From a virus (Duplodnaviria; Caudoviricetes), in IMG/VR virus record IMGVR_UViG_3300026519_000020, positions 1 through 45,343 of that record: a stretch of 45,343 nt of DNA, one strand, 5' to 3'. The notes below the pieces were generated by a model that did no database searches, was not told the origin of the DNA, and saw nothing but the letters and a program-made list of their open reading frames with translations. Numbering within the stretch: the stretch's first letter is position 1; each line of letters starts with the position of its first letter. Below are positions 44,998 to 45,343 of this stretch, one piece after another. The translations under genes were made by a program, and so were the position numbers.

Positions 44998-45343
44998 ATG
45001 GCTACTTTAGGAGCAAATTTTGTCGATTTAATTGACATGTATAAGTTGCAAGACGGGCACGGTAATTTCGTTCCTGTTATTGAAATGCTTATGGAAATGA
45101 ACCCTATGCTTGATGATGCAATTGCAGTCGAGTGTAATAAGGGTACAACTCACTTACACACGGTGCGTGCTGGTTTGCCGGCTGTTACCTGGGGTAAGTT
45201 ATATCAAGGTATTCCGAACAGTAAAGGTAAGACTTCACAAGTTGAAGACACTACCGGTTTTGTCGAAGGTTTAAGTACAGTCGATAAACGTCTATTGGAA
45301 TTATCAACAAACGAAGGTGCAGTGCGTTTATCAGAAGCACAAT
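44998..45343 (+). CDS. Major capsid protein, 5' part (continues at base 14 via the circular junction)
   Basis: GAGG RBS, ATG 44998, MATLG...IEML...N.ML.D....E.N....H....R.GLP..TW. Confidence 0.9.
   Translation, partial: MATLGANFVDLIDMYKLQDGHGNFVPVIEMLMEMNPMLDDAIAVECNKGTTHLHTVRAGLPAVTWGKLYQGIPNSKGKTSQVEDTTGFVEGLSTVDKRLLELSTNEGAVRLSEAQ
45331..45343. repeat. Terminal 13-bp overlap (copy 2)
   Basis: Identical to 1-13. Confidence 0.95.

Noticed and set aside
45331-45343. 13-bp terminal repeat as a biological terminal repeat or att site
   Set aside because: It falls in the middle of the capsid gene; best explained as assembly circularisation overlap

Overview
This window is a complete, circularly permuted ~45.3 kb genome of a tailed (podovirus-type) dsDNA phage. 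The first and last 13 bases are identical (TCAGAAGCACAAT), and joining them restores an intact 332-aa major capsid gene. The virion module resembles Bordetella phage BPP-1 and epsilon15: TerS, TerL, portal, scaffold, capsid, cement and staple proteins, adaptor, nozzle, internal/ejection proteins and tail fibre. It is followed by a lysis cassette (holins plus an Amidase_2 endolysin). A leftward replication operon encodes an RHH regulator, DUF2800 nuclease, DUF2815 SSB, family-B DNA polymerase, VRR-NUC and SNF2 helicase. A rightward pair encodes HNH-AP2 and a primase-helicase, and a leftward cluster of small early genes includes a PAPS-reductase-family gene. I see no integrase, reverse transcriptase/DGR or CRISPR. 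Sigma70 promoters and IHF boxes suggest a proteobacterial host (inference). The best candidates for new biology are: (1) a 3033-aa polyvalent ejection protein with three ADP-ribosyltransferase-like modules and a zincin peptidase split by one of them, with modules bounded by a recurring [LFY]-x-Q linker; (2) an unannotated 140-nt tRNA-shaped RNA and two other structured intergenic elements; (3) shared C-terminal peptide motifs across unrelated proteins; (4) an amber-interrupted HD-motif gene at the head of the lysis cassette; (5) two large beta-helix genes between the terminase subunits; (6) a repeat- and IHF-rich 700-bp region upstream of TerS. All family assignments come from motif recognition by eye, not database searches.
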